Positions 35,606 to 48,934 of a stretch of DNA of 64,000 nt are shown here, in pieces. This DNA is from Laetmonice hystrix (taxonomy: Eukaryota): NCBI GenBank assembly GCA_965235115.1, contig OZ249437.1, positions 30,690,001 to 30,754,000 of the forward strand, given 5' to 3'. Numbering within the stretch: position 1 is the stretch's first letter; every line of letters begins with the position of its first letter. The notes under the pieces were generated by a model, which was given only the letters and a program-made list of their open reading frames with translations, ran no database searches and was not told the origin of the DNA. Made by a program: the position numbers and the translations under genes.

Positions 35606-37942
35606 ATGAAGGGGTCACTAATAGTTACCGTCGTAGTCGTGGGTCTTCTGACTGGCAGCCATGGGTTTTTCTTCGGTACGGAGACCCCCGATTCGGGTAC
35701 TGGCCCGAGCTGGATGGACAGTCTGCGAGCGATGGGCTCGGCCCTCAGGGAAGCTCTCCAACCCACACTCAAGGACCTCCGAGAGGTACGGATGGAGTAT
35801 AGGATAGATTACGTGCATGTCTCCTAGGGCCTAATTAAGTCGTGCACGCACGGTAGGCCCTATATGGACCCAGTTTAGTGTTCTTTCTGGGCATATTTAT
35901 AGGCCTAGGCCTATATCAAATAACAAAGACGAAAAGGGCCCCAACAACCAAGTTTAGACGTAAAGAGGGTTTCTTTCCCAAATTGATATCTAACTTTCCT
36001 ACATCTTTCCTGCTCACACATGTTTCATCCAGTAAAGGTCAATTTTCCAAGAATCACATGTCATATAGCCCGCCCCACGACAAATTCTGCATCTAGCCTT
36101 GGCCTATAGATGTAAGTGTGTTGACCTGAGCGGACAATGTCTGCTGCCCCGTTCCCACGTTATAGCAATAATTACTGTATAAGCATGTCCGCCTAACCGG
36201 TGTCCGTGTGGTGTACAGTCTGTGAGCGACATCAGGCGGCAGTTTGAGGAATCTGGTGGCGTTGACGGACTGCGATTGGACGCCGAACGTGCCATCGAGG
36301 AGATACGTCGTCATGGTGACCGAGCGTCCGAGAGAACGCGCGGCTTCCTCTCCAGGGTTCTCGATAAAATCGAGGCCAAGACAGGTAAAGTTCTTCTTTC
36401 AAAAAACTAATTTCAGTAAAAGAGCCCCGATGATATATCTGGATTATACGACTATAACTCCCAGGATCTCTATAAAAAGGCGATACACTGACCCCTATAT
36501 GAGCCATATTCGTTGGAAAGGAACTGATTATGCCTATACCAACTCGCTCCTATAAGGCTATCCACACAATGTAGGCCTACGGATGGGTGGGCGCCCCCCC
36601 CCCCTCCCCACATCTGGATCCGCCACTGGAGTTATCAAAGTCTGGCTGCCCAAGTCTACAGTGCGTTCATATAGGCCTAGGGCCTACCTACCAGGGCCGT
36701 AACGAGGCGAAGATAGGGCCATGCTCCCCCAGAAATTATTTTAATTCAGGGCGTTTTGAGGGTAGGCTACCTTAGGGTGAAATTCAACACTTTTATGGTC
36801 AGGAAAAAGTAGTTTAAATGTTGCTACCTTTAAAAAATCTGGAAAATGCCAGATGAGGCATGAGCCTCGTCTGCCTCAATGCTAGTTACGAACCTAGGCC
36901 TACATAGGCCTCCCGTTGAATAAAAAAGGACATCGAGTTCATTTGTGAAGCGTCGATTTGTTAACTTTGTTGTTCCGCCAGACGACGCCAGCAGTTCTGT
37001 CCGTTCGGGTCTGACAGCGTTGGTCCGCCACGGACGTCGGGTGCTCCACCGGGCCCAGAACCACCAGAACCCCGACACAACAGCCACTCCCAACCCCAAC
37101 GGTAGGTGGCGCCAGCTGCACTTGGCCCCTGTGTGGCTCAAAATTGAATAGCATCGGCCCTGCGTGCCCCTTTTAGAATTATCATTGCAGGGGTTTAGGG
37201 CTGCCGCATCCAACATCGACGCATATTGTGTGACCCTGCATGGGATGGAAAAGGTCATTGAATCTTTCTTGCCCACTTCTTGTAATAAAGGAACACTGAG
37301 GTTCGAAAACTGGCACAGCGGTTTTAACTCCCTTGTCAACTGGAAAGGGCGTACCTCTCTGTGACGAGAACACCGTTGTCTATAAGATTATTTAAATTTT
37401 CCGTAGAGACCGTCACCCGAACTAGGCTAATTATTTTCTCCCCAACAGAATGGATCTCCATCGGTCGCCTGAAGAGGCGTGCTCGCCGAGACACTGGTCA
37501 ACTCATCCCAGTATCAACTGATAAGAGCACAGAGACGAAGAACCCAAAATTCCCCTTGACCGAATTACGGTCCCACCTGGAGGGATATAACGCCAACTTT
37601 AAAGAAATTGTCGAGCTACTGCGCGATATTCGGTACGAACTTAGCGACCTCAGGCGGGGACTTAAGGAAGGGCCACGGGCGTACGACTATCACGACAGGT
37701 ACGACCACTCCCGTGCCATTCAGGAACTGGAGGATATCCTAGCACCAACCAAAGGATCCGCACGTCTGACCAGCGGACTGCGGCTGCCGAGGGTACGACG
37801 CCAGGCCCCGAGCACCGACCACGTCAGGATGGAGGACGTGCATGACTACCTGGTCCAATATAAGGAAGGATTCAAGGATATTTCAAACCTTCTCAAGGAC
37901 ATCCGCTTCGAGCTCAACAGCCTTCGAGAAAAGGTTCTTTGA
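35606..37942 (+). CDS. Uncharacterised secreted precursor, 319 aa, cysteine-free, with furin-type sites and repeated coiled-coil module
   Basis: Four exons 35606-35785, 36219-36384, 36982-37101, 37449-37942 (960 nt; phases 0,1,1) with canonical GT-AG give an open frame. N-terminal hydrophobic signal MKGSLIVTVVVVGLLTGSHG. KRRARR (37472-37489) and RVRR (37790-37801). AATAAA at 38131. Confidence 0.88.
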
Positions 37943-38130
37943 GGAGCTGAGCAGGGCAGCAGAACTTTATGGATGAACCAGTCCTCGGCCCTTCACAGCG
38001 AAAAGCCATTATACTAGCCAGGCATTATAACAACTCGAGAGGGCCTACATTTATTGGTTTCGAGCCATACCCTGATTTAGGGCCTATACTTGGTATACCA
38101 GTGTATGAAATTGTACTCCGCTTCTGAGTA

Positions 38131-38136
38131 AATAAA
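38131..38136 (+). terminator. Polyadenylation signal of the secreted-precursor gene
   Basis: AATAAA about 190 nt after the stop, followed by a T-rich tract. Confidence 0.65.
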
Positions 38137-41100
38137 TATGCAGATTTTTTTTATCGTTCCTTAGTCTTAGATAAACATTTTGTGAGAAAGAAAGTTCTCA
38201 CCTTGAATATGTTAGATTGGCCAAATGTAACTTTAGGCGCTGCTTCTCGCTTCTCCTTTCCGTCCCAAGACGTGACCATTAGTAGACGAAATAGAGCGAT
38301 TAGAGGGGTATGGGGGTCCATTCTATTCCGTTGAACATCTCCTCTATTTGGACAATGCCTAACAGATATGCCAGTCCTTCCTATCCAACCAAAGATCTCA
38401 CCGCCATTGAGAAGCCACCCACCTTGGTGGAGCTAACTTTCTTGAATGAGGCTTCTTGATGAGTTTTCACCTCATTACGTTTCTATGGTAACCTGAGCAA
38501 TAGATCTACTTGGCATCATTTAAGTCGCCCTCACAGACACGCTTAGTTCTTAAAGCGTCCTGGAACGTGATGGATAAGGATCCAATCAGTTGAAGGTCAT
38601 GACTGAATGGGTTTAGGGCTGAGTGTCTGTTGGGAGTGGTGACTGGCGGAGCAGCGAGCGGCCGTCTACTTCTGATCGATGTTCGGCGCCGCTACAGGTG
38701 ATCACCGGTCTCCGGCGTCTGAGGCCACTGCCACCTGGTGGACAGGTCACTGTCAGTCTTTCATCACGCCGTGGGGCGCTATTGTACTATTGCGTATCAG
38801 GGCATCTTATATACATAAGCAGGGAGATGGATGAGCTGTCGGAGGTATAAAGGCCAGGTTCCGCAGCCAGGAGACCGATTCGGCTGACTACCTGGAGACT
38901 AGGTACGGATTGCCCAAGTCATGCCGTATAGTCGAGTGCTTGTCTAGGTCAAGCCACACCACAAAATTGCAGTAATCGCCAGCTCGTCCCCATGCAAAAG
39001 CCTTCGCAGGATCCTAGAGGAGCATGGGTATAACTACCTATTACGAGCCAAACAGGCTAAGTGATTTTCTTTGGGGATGTCCGTGCGATATTCAATTTAA
39101 TGGTAGAAATTCACTCCGCTATATCTTCACAGCATTATCCTGTCGGCATTAACTCAGAATTTAACACAGACTATTTGGACCCCCCCCCCCCCATTCCTTC
39201 CACAGTCTATAAACCGATTTGGGGCGTAGGTACTTTGAAATGGCCCCTGCCTCCGCGTCTCCCCGCGAATCTCTTCATACACACCTGACCAGGCGAATGT
39301 CCAAGGTGGTGGTCGGGGGTCGAACCACCCCTTCTCAAGAGCTCCGAATGTTTGTATGGGTTGATTTTGAAGCACACCTTCGGCTCTCCGTCCACCCCCC
39401 CCCCCCCCTGCGAAAAATCCAGCACACGTGCCTGCTGACATCGGCAGATATTTCTAAAAGTTCTGGCCTACTTGTCGTTAAAGGAAGGGAAAGGAAATGT
39501 GAAACTCTATTTCTGTAACAAAAGCTTAAGCTTTAAAAGAGTTACTTTGTTGAGTTTTAAAACCAATTTAAAATAATGTTTGCCTGTCGAAACATCCAAA
39601 ACGTAACGTTTCAGAAACGTTGAATATGGACCTCTGAATATTTTACCATTATTGATCGCTCGTAGACAAATAAAGCAGAGCTGCCCCGAGGCAGAAATGT
39701 TTGAGAGGAGATTTCAAGGTCAAAGAGGATTACCCTTAATATAATGCCTTTAAGGCAAAGCTTATTTCTGACCTTAAGCCCTTTTGTCAAGAATGCTTCC
39801 AGTAAAGTATTAATTGAAGTTAATCTGAGCATAATAGGGAAAAATGCTGTGATTTCTTACTAGAAGTGCCTGGTCGATTTTGTCTTGTGGCCAGCATCGA
39901 CAATTACTGAAAGTTATTGTTTGTATTTTGGATTAATGTTACAGCCAGTAACATCAACATGTGAGCCTCCACTGGTAATTGAAAAGTACTGTATTATGTA
40001 TTTTGATCTACCTGGCCATTGTCATATAGACCTAGTGCTTCAACGCCTCAACACTGACGGCAAGGCAAAAATCAGCAAAGGCCATGCCCCCAATCCACTC
40101 TCCTCTCTCGGAACGTTGAATACATCAGTTACTTTTAACAAGAAAAGTTTTAATTGTTATTCTAAAGTTGGGGTGACGTGAGAAATTTAAATTTATAATG
40201 AGCGATGCAATCTGAAGGACGATACCTTACAGCACAACATAAAGACAAACTTATTCTAAATATATTTTGACTGGTGAAGGAAACATACGGCTTCACAGTC
40301 TGCAACAAGATGACAAATGATGGTTGATTTCAACTAATCTAAATCTCTCCCGAACCACTGTCAAAGACTCTGTCAGCAGCTTCTGCTTTCAGTATGGTGT
40401 TAAAGTGTTGTTGGTAGTGACAATGTGCACGTATACACGACCATCGAAATGACTGCACGTTTACATTATAGAGGCAGGTAGGATTTCTATACTCTTCCTG
40501 GTCCGACGCTTCGGTTCTGAGAGTACATGGTATACTGTTCATAGAAACACGTACTGGCTATTGATGATAAGGTGGATGTGTCCAGCCCACAGTAGGTGAG
40601 AGAAATAATTATCGTCAGAATGTGGCCCATGTTGAGCAATCTTATGTGCTTTTGTGAACGATACCGGCTTCTGTCAAGTGTATTGTCTCATCTCCCCTCA
40701 GTGTTTTAGGCCTATAATCAAAGGGTTAACGCTTCTTGACGAGTTTCCCGGTGGGACCAATGTGGGAATAATGCATTAATGCACATAATGCACTAATGGG
40801 CCACCAGTTGATGGCAGGTTGATGGTTGCACGTACAGGTCCACGGATGGTGGTGATCGCTCCGAAAGGTGGGTCAAGGTGGGTACGCGTTTTTTGCTGTG
40901 TGGCTTTTGTCCAGAGCTGTAACTAAAACACAATGCGGTTATAAATTATGTAGGACATAAAATCGACTTTTTTTTAACTAATTGCTCTCCGATAGAAAAA
41001 GCAAAAACTTATATATTGAATGCATGAAAAAGAGAAGGTCGTTGTTGAATGACCTCTATTTGCAGGAGACATCCGGTCCTTGCGTTATTCGTAAATGTTA

Positions 41101-42138
41101 GTCATACCCTGCTTTTGATTTTTGAGACTCGAGCTCCTCCAAATCCAAAAGGACATGCACCTTGAAAAACGCTCGTAGCTATACGTGCCCTGACTCATTT
41201 GTCATCGGCCGTCGTATATAACATGACTCTGCAGGTAGAAATAGCTCGCAATAATTGAACACTGGCTGAGACTTAATTGGTTTATTCTTAGTTCTCAATT
41301 CGTGGGTACGTTCAGATCCATCTTCTTCTGTTAGATTAACGGGCCAGAATCGGATTGGTGATGACTTCTCTGAAGGATCTGGCCGTCATAATCGAAGTAA
41401 GGCCCACGTTTTACCGTGCCGCAATCCAGCACACAATTGCTCTCGCTTCTACATTGGCCATCTTTCTACTGGTCCGTGCATCGCCTACTTGAACGACAGT
41501 GCCCCAAGACTATACTAATTCTCCATATTCCCTACTCCCTCGAATCATGCTGTGGGCGAAGGCCATTTGCAGTACACATTACCGACAGACTATATAGGCT
41601 TGAGTGGCAAGACTGGAGAAGTTTTAGAGGAATGGCAATAAGCCTGAAGCTCCCTGGGTCCCATTTCTTCGGCAAAGCATACATTGACGCCACACTGTTT
41701 GCCATTTTTGCGGCGCTTGCGGTATACGGCCGGGTGGCATTTTCCGGAGGGGTAGGGCTATTCCGTAATTAGGTCCATCAGTAATAGATGGCGTACTTGG
41801 CTCGTTCCGGCCCTCTAAGGTAGCCTGGAATGGACGCGGAATGACGCCAATCTTAGCTTGTCACCAGGTGTAGAGCAGATGGGTCTCGTTCCTTACTACG
41901 CTTTCAACTAAAAGCATCAGTCTGGGAAGGTCATTCGTGCATTGTTCAAGCCAAGTCGATACTACATTCAACGTTAACCTACTACTAAGTTAGCCCCAGG
42001 GTAAAATCTGTACTCCTCTATGAAGATTAGCTGCCTCTAGCGTCGATCTACATATGGTACGTGGTTCGCGTTTCAGACCTCGAGGGGTTTTACAAGACGC
42101 GTTGATGAAAACAAGCGTCATGCATGCGTCATCCGTCT

Positions 42139-42400
42139 TCATTGTCTTAATCGTACGTCATCAGGGTCGCACCTGTCAGCGTGTCTGACATATGGAGATG
42201 GCAGAATTGACGCAGGATCTACCACCCCCACCCGTCGCTCACCCACTGCCTCCGGGAAACACAACACCGCGTCTCCGCCTCCAAGTTTCTTTAACCAATT
42301 AAGTCTATGTATGGCGCTCTTTGCAGATTTAGAGATTTTATCCAACCTAATTTACGATCGACATATCGTTCAATTCTTGCAGCAACTTTGACGTCACTAC
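42139..42400 (-). mobile_element. Possible decayed non-LTR (CR1/L2-like) reverse-transcriptase C-terminal fragment
   Basis: Frameshifted translation YVDRKLGW / DKISKSAKSAIHRLNWLKKLG resembles the D..L.W..H...KKA..RL..L region of CR1/L2 ORF2. Similarity judged by eye only. Confidence 0.3.
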
Positions 42401-45400
42401 GATCTTGATTCGGTTCTGTATCCATGCTCAAGGATTATAGCTTTCAAGACAGGAATGATTCAAAACTGTATGTTTCCGAATATTTCTCTCTATTAAGAAT
42501 GTGTTCAGAGCCAGAGTGTGCAAAAACGTTGACTGCAGGAAAGAAGATTTGTACATAGACATGATGCTTAAATCGATATAGCTCTTGTATTAGGCCTACT
42601 TGCTCGTCGTCCATCGGGAAGTTAAGAACAGCTGGCCGATGTAGGCCGTTAAACCAATAGGCACTGGAATAGGCTCATCATTACAGTACTGTTGAAAATT
42701 TTTTGCCATGCATGAGAGAAAGAAGATCATTTCCACGGTAGCATATCGGTTTTGTAGATCAGCCGGCGCGAAGAGTTAGATCTAAATACAAACATAAACA
42801 TGATGAAGCATCTATTTTCTTAGCTATATCTTCTTACCACGAAGTAAGTTGTCTCGCTATATTCTAGGAAAACAATGATACTTTGGTAAAGCTATAGCTT
42901 CCGTTAAAAAGACGCTGCTATAGGTTGCTATAGATACTGTAATAATCAGGATAATTAACGGCCCGGTTGAGCTAATTACAGTCGACATGAGGTATGCCTC
43001 GTTTACTGAAGTAAGAAATAACGCAGATATTATGGGAGGCGTTCAGTATCTGCCTGTATGTGCATGGTTGATATAATATACACCGTATACATCTGATTCT
43101 GTTGGTGGACCAGTGTTGATGTTTCATTAAACCATTCACTTGATTCAGTGTAAAGTACTTTCCTCTCATCTGCATGGATGAGTTGTGCTTTACCAGAGTC
43201 ACAGATTCTCTGCATGCTGAGGCGTGAGCAGGTTATAACGAGGCCTATAGAAGATCAGTGATCGGACCCCAACCCCAACAGTTCCGGCCAACCTCGACCC
43301 AATGCCCTCATTAATGACCATGTTGTATTTCGCACGCCACCTCCCAATCCTCGACCTCTCACCGTGGACCTTGAGAGACATGGAGTGGACCGTCAGATCC
43401 GTAGAATGACGGATGATTTGTTTGACGTAGTAGCCCCTGTATGGTGTTACGGGTTGCTGTCTGAATGATTGGGAGCCGACACTCACACAGGTTCGGTGGA
43501 CATGACGTTGTTGAATGAACCCGTCAGTGAATTCATTTAAGGCCGTTGACTGTTTTCACAGTGCCGGGTATCTGCTGTTTATTGCTTCTTTATCAATTAT
43601 TGTTGCCCTATGGGGACTCTTTGATTAAGTGGGGCAGAGGGGTTGATTTGCCCGAAATTATTCTGTCCGATTTTTTAATTTTTGTTTTGTACGCCTATGA
43701 ATTTGTTGCTAATAATACAGCCAATTAGGCCGAAAGTTACTCGATGGCTTCAGTTTCACCTTCACTGTAGACTTCTATATATGGTTGGTCAAGATTAATA
43801 GCTGATATAGGAGTACTTTCTATAGGTTCCCATGGAGAAGAGCAGCCTGGACTTTGGGTTTGCCAGGCAAGAAATGTGGAACGTAAGGTTTGACATTGCA
43901 TTTCATCGCCGCCAGTTTACAATAGCTATTTTGTACCTGAGGTATAGGCGTGACAAAAGGACCGTAGATTTTGACGACGTACACGCGTGACTCCACTAGA
44001 TCCGCCATCATCTCTTTGGTGGAAGCCATTTCCGGTTCTCCATTAGTATTTACGGAAGTCTTTCAAATGCTTCCAACGGAGTGATGAAGGCATTGAAGCG
44101 ACTTTTAGATAGGCAGGTTTTTCAGCACTTTTAGCCGGGAGGCGGGGGCGCAGTCGGTGATCGAAAGATTGAAATCGCGTTTTGCTCGGCGGTTGAGAAG
44201 TGCCAGTCCGTTAGTAGGGGATGGTTGGCCTCGACTGTTGTTAGTTCCACATGGACTGACCTTACAAGTCCTGGGCGTGCTCGGTATGACTGGGCCGCCC
44301 TAGCCGGTCAGTGGGCCGTTATCGTGGGCCTCCAGCCCCGTTATCTACCCCGGACATGATGGACCTTCACGGCAGCCTTTCATCCCGGCTTCCATGAATC
44401 GTAGCTCGACATGACAGCCAAACACAACGGTCTTGTAGTGTAATGGCCGCCTCTCACGGCAGGGCCTTTGCCCATGTCTCCAACACCACACCCCAGGCCA
44501 TAACGCATGGCAAAAAATGCCCAATAAGACTAATACAGTCTCGCCGACCTATCTGTGACCCTTGCCGTCTTTACACCACGGGGAAATTGGACTAACACTG
44601 ATAGTGCAACCCCCACATTTCCTGATGAATTATTATGCGTGTTGTTAGGTAAATCGACCGTCGATAAATCCATCGATATACGGTGGCCAGGTTTGCCATT
44701 AGTGCATTGCATACAGAGAGCAAAATGGAGAGTAGATTTCCTCAATTTCCTCGTACATTATCCGTTTCATTGGTGCGTGCGACCCAGAAAAGTAAAGCTC
44801 AGTTGTGATCATTTATATAAGCTTACAATAGGGTCTCATTACATAGCCATGACATGCACACAATGAAAAGTTTATTAGATCAATTAGACATTCCTACAGA
44901 TAACTTAGTGATACAAATTACCGACGCTAAGTTTTCAGAATTTAAGGAGAGGCTTGCTGTCCTTATGTACTCCCTGTTCTATAATTATATGTAACTTCAA
45001 TGCTAAAATCTAAATTGGAGATGGGAAATTGATCAGCGCAACCGGCACTGACGAGTATCAGTTTAAAGGGGGTTGCATGGCTCGAACAGTCGCGGAGATA
45101 CAGGATTTAACCTATCAAAAATGACACGAGTGCAATAAATCCACCTCCAAAACAAGTATGGCCGCTATCATCAAGCACCGCCTATGAACATCTATATTTG
45201 CCAAAAGTCTACATTCTTCTTTTTTTTTTTTGGGGGGGGGGGGGGAATCATGTGAACACATTAATTCCATTTCCAGTTGAAAGCCATCGCAGTACTTCAG
45301 TCGCCGTCGTCGCGACGACCATTCAGCGCGACGAGAAGCTGAAATCCCAGGTTTTTAGAATTTGTATGTCTTGTTTCACGTGTCATGTTTTAAACAGCTA

Positions 45401-45655
45401 TTGGATCGGAACAATTGTTGTCTGTGCCGTCTTTTGTTGGTTGTCTGGAAGAAAGTAGGTCACTGCGGGGACTACCTGTGGAAATGACGATCGACACGGG
45501 AGAATCAATAGGCCTATGTACGTACCTGATCAACTGACTTTGTGACCAGGCCGACGGTAAATACAGGGAGGGAGGCCGTCACAGGCCATGCATGCAGCTT
45601 ACTTTATCAGAGAATATTTCACGAGACTTGACTGCTCGAACTACTTTATGACCAC

Positions 45656-46378
45656 CGGCACCACAACCACCAATGTGTGCCACACCGGTATATACCACAG
45701 CCACCACTGTGTGCCACAGCGGTATATACCACAGCCACCACTGTGTGCCACACCGGTATATACCACAGCCACCACTGTGTGCCACAGCGGTATATACCAC
45801 AACCACCACTGTATGCCACAGCGGTATATACCATAGCCACCACTGTGTGCCACACCAGAAAATGCCACAGCCACCACTGTGTGCCACACCGGTATATGCC
45901 ACAGCATTCACCACTGTGTGCCACACCGGTATATACCACAACCACCACTGTGTGACACACCGGTATATACCACAGCCACCACTGTATGCCACAGCGGTAT
46001 ATACCACAACCACCACTGTGTGCCACACCGGTATATACCACAGCCACCACTGTATGCCACAGCGGTATATACCATAGCCACCACTGTGTGCCACACCAGA
46101 AAATGCCACAGCCACCACTGTATGCCACACCGGTATATGCCACAGCATTCACCACTGTGTGCCACACCGGTATATACCACAGGCACCACTGTGTGCCACA
46201 CCGGTATACCACAGCCACCACTGTGTGCCACACCAGTAGGCTGTATTATGCCACAGCCACTACTGTATGCCACAGTGGTATATACCATAGCCACCACTGT
46301 GCGCCACACCAGTATATGCCACAGCCACCACTGTGTGCCACACCGGTATATACCACAGCCACCACTGTGTGCCACATC
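45656..46378. repeat. 34-bp minisatellite (about 21 units) with 241-bp higher-order duplication
   Basis: Unit ACCACTGTGTGCCACACCGGTATATACCACAGCC. The variant block CAGAAAATGCC...GCATTCACC recurs at 45856 and 46097. Confidence 0.95.
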
Positions 46379-48882
46379 GCCTTAATTTTAATTTTTAATT
46401 TTGAGTTTAAGGGATGGAACCCATGCATTTCCAGAAACAGGGAAGACCAGCCAGGAAAAATTACAGAGTGAAATTCCACCATCAAATAAAAATCGTATGG
46501 CCGTCGTAAGGAAAATCGTCTTAGTGGATTCGCCCCTATAGTCGTCTAATCCTATCGCAAGGACAACATAAGTCTGGCCTCATGTTGGGACCAGATTACT
46601 AAAAGTACAATCTCAGAACCCGGGTTGAAGCATGTTTGATTAACCCTTATATTAGAACCGGGGGATTCCAGGGGCTCTGGAATCCCCCCGGACCCCCGCC
46701 CCCGTCGTATTTACGCCTCGCGCTTTCGGCGCTCCCGGCCCTATACAATTACATGCCCCCCCCCCCCCCCCCAGGTCATTCCTGGGTACGGGCCTGTACT
46801 TTGTGATATGAAAATAACTTCAAGCCCAATGTTGCATCAGCTTGAGGCGACCTTCTTCCCGGTGGCCTTTAGATTAACTGCTGGCAGGTGGATTAGGGTA
46901 GGCAGGTGTGCATAATTAATCGAGAAGCAAAAAATAATTATGATCAGTACAAGAGGTTTGCCTACAGCGATTATTCGCCTCACGTCGGCTCGTCGTAATC
47001 CTATATCCTGTCATATTACGTTCAGAATCTCCGACCTTTAGGCCTATATAATCTCTTTGGTTAGGCTAGGTTTAGCCTTCTTGAAGGCATCGCCGTCCCA
47101 TCACCAATAATTTTTGTTGGCCATATTGATGAAGAATAACAGGCTCTCGCTGTTTATTGACCTCATCCTATATGTTGCATAGCCACTTTCGATACTGCAG
47201 ACGGATGTATGCCTTATTTCACACTTACCATGACTGTCAACTCTCAATGTATCTGACGGGCAGATGTGTAACGCCTTCATGTAGACGATGTGAGTATAGG
47301 ATAGCCCTGGGATGTGAACGTGGATGTGACTGATCACAGCTGTGATGGGAGGTGGTCTGTTGCTTACCGTCATAACACAATCCGTCACCAACAGTAACGG
47401 CATGCGGCCCTCCTCGCTCAGCACGTCAGACGTTCCGATATAGGGAGAAACGATAGTACTTGGACAACAGGGAGAACCCAGCACAAACAAAGAAGCCATG
47501 AGGTGTATAAATTTAGAAGATGAATCAGATATGATGGAGGGTACGACAGGCAAGCACATAATGCCATGCAGTTTCAGTTCAGATACATCATGATTATCTT
47601 CAGAATGTGAAATGTTAGGTTCAGGTTTCATGAGGTGTATAAAAATAAACTCTGAACAGAACACTGCTTATCTTTACTCTGTACAACACGCGTGAATAAC
47701 AGTGGACCTGTTCAAAACGACCTCAGGTCACAAGTATGTTTAGGTCTCGGGTATTTTTCTATTTCAAATTTATCGCCCCAATATTAAAAACCACTCCCAC
47801 GCGTCTTGCTTATAAAAATACGTAAGCAAAGTATACTAGATATACTAATAGATACATGAAGTTCTCGGTCAATTTATAGGCCGTTCTTTGAAGACCGAAT
47901 CTGAGCCACTCAAACTTAATAGAGTTATAGGCCTAGTTTTGGATAAACTACCCATATATATACAAGGGAGAGGTGGATATCATAGATGCAAGTGATTAAA
48001 TATACATGTGTAGTTTCCTTATATATTATAGTACTCTCTGGCAAAATTTTGTAATCAATATATTGATGTCTCCATCTCACCTCACAATATCTCCACTACG
48101 ATGAAATTAAATGTACCAGATACGATATAGATAAACGTGAATCTAAGTCGTTCCCCATTTAGTGAGGACCCAACACGCAAATCCACAAATGGATTAGAAA
48201 AAAGTATAGCTCGCTCCATATTTCAGTGTATGCTACTCCAAATAAATTGTGTTCACTTAATTAGGACTTGGCTTCTTTGTGTGTGCCGTGTTCTCCCTGT
48301 TCACATTCCGCTACCCTCTGCAAGGCACTCAGCATATATATCCTGCAGAATGTGCGGATGTACGCTGTGTAGAAAGTTTATGTGTTGTCATTGCCATAAT
48401 ACATCTATAGATTGCCCCATTATCTGCGGCAGGAACACCTTCATACGTTCCACATTCAGTTCTATGTGTATGCCGCTGGCTTTCCATAGGCGATGAAGGA
48501 AAGTACTCAGTGCAGGAGGCACGTCCTACTAATTCGTTCACTTTGCAAATAGCACCTCGCAAATGCAAGGCTGATTTCGATCATATTGGACATCGGAGTG
48601 CCTCATGGCGACACCTTCCTCCTCGTGCTGCCCATAAAGTAGACCCCGTTCCATACCTAAGGCAAGGTGATGGCGTCTGCTGTAAGGAGGTCATGGAAGT
48701 GGAAATCATTGTATATCAAGTTATCCATAATAAAATCACACCCCGGGCTTCAGAAACGCAAACTAGCAAAAGAGTTGCCTACCAATGGACATAAAGTCGA
48801 ATTCTTTTTTGCTTCTCCGGTAGAAAGGAAACATACTGACTCTCGGGCAGTAAGACTGGACGAGACAAGAGAGATGCATAAG

Positions 48883-48884
<2 letters not shown>

Positions 48885-48914
<30 letters not shown>

Positions 48915-48934
48915 GGAGAGAGAGAGAGAGAGAG
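48885..48934. repeat. (GA)n microsatellite
   Basis: Direct inspection; followed by a short (CAA)n at about 48963-48978. Confidence 0.95.

Noticed and set aside
37361-37448. N-terminal part of the listed 193-aa ORF (MTRTPLS...)
   Set aside because: Intronic; the real exon starts at the acceptor at 37449.
37620-37680. Resemblance of RYELSDLRRGLKEG to the C-terminus of molluscan egg-laying hormone / CRF-DH44 peptides
   Set aside because: The N-terminal ISI/PSL..D motif of that family and a Gly-Lys-Arg amidation site are absent; the similarity is explained by generic amphipathic helix composition.
41400-41780. ALPKKWDPGSFRLIAI on the - strand, resembling the LINE RT P.K..DP..YRPIS motif; also GGGV/YRP endonuclease-like words at 43250-43350
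   Set aside because: Motif order relative to the 42139-42400 fragment is not collinear and no further RT motifs follow; too weak without a profile search.
45579-46485. Nine long Cys/His/Trp-rich ORFs (80-195 aa) on both strands
   Set aside because: All are translations of the 34-bp minisatellite, which is poor in stop codons; no splice signals or unique coding context.
47101-47664. 187-aa minus-strand ORF with two gtaag donor-like sites (47367, 47228)
   Set aside because: No recognisable domain. The implied introns (61 and 34 nt) are far shorter than any intron in the confirmed genes (minimum 126 nt), and spliced versions hit stops.
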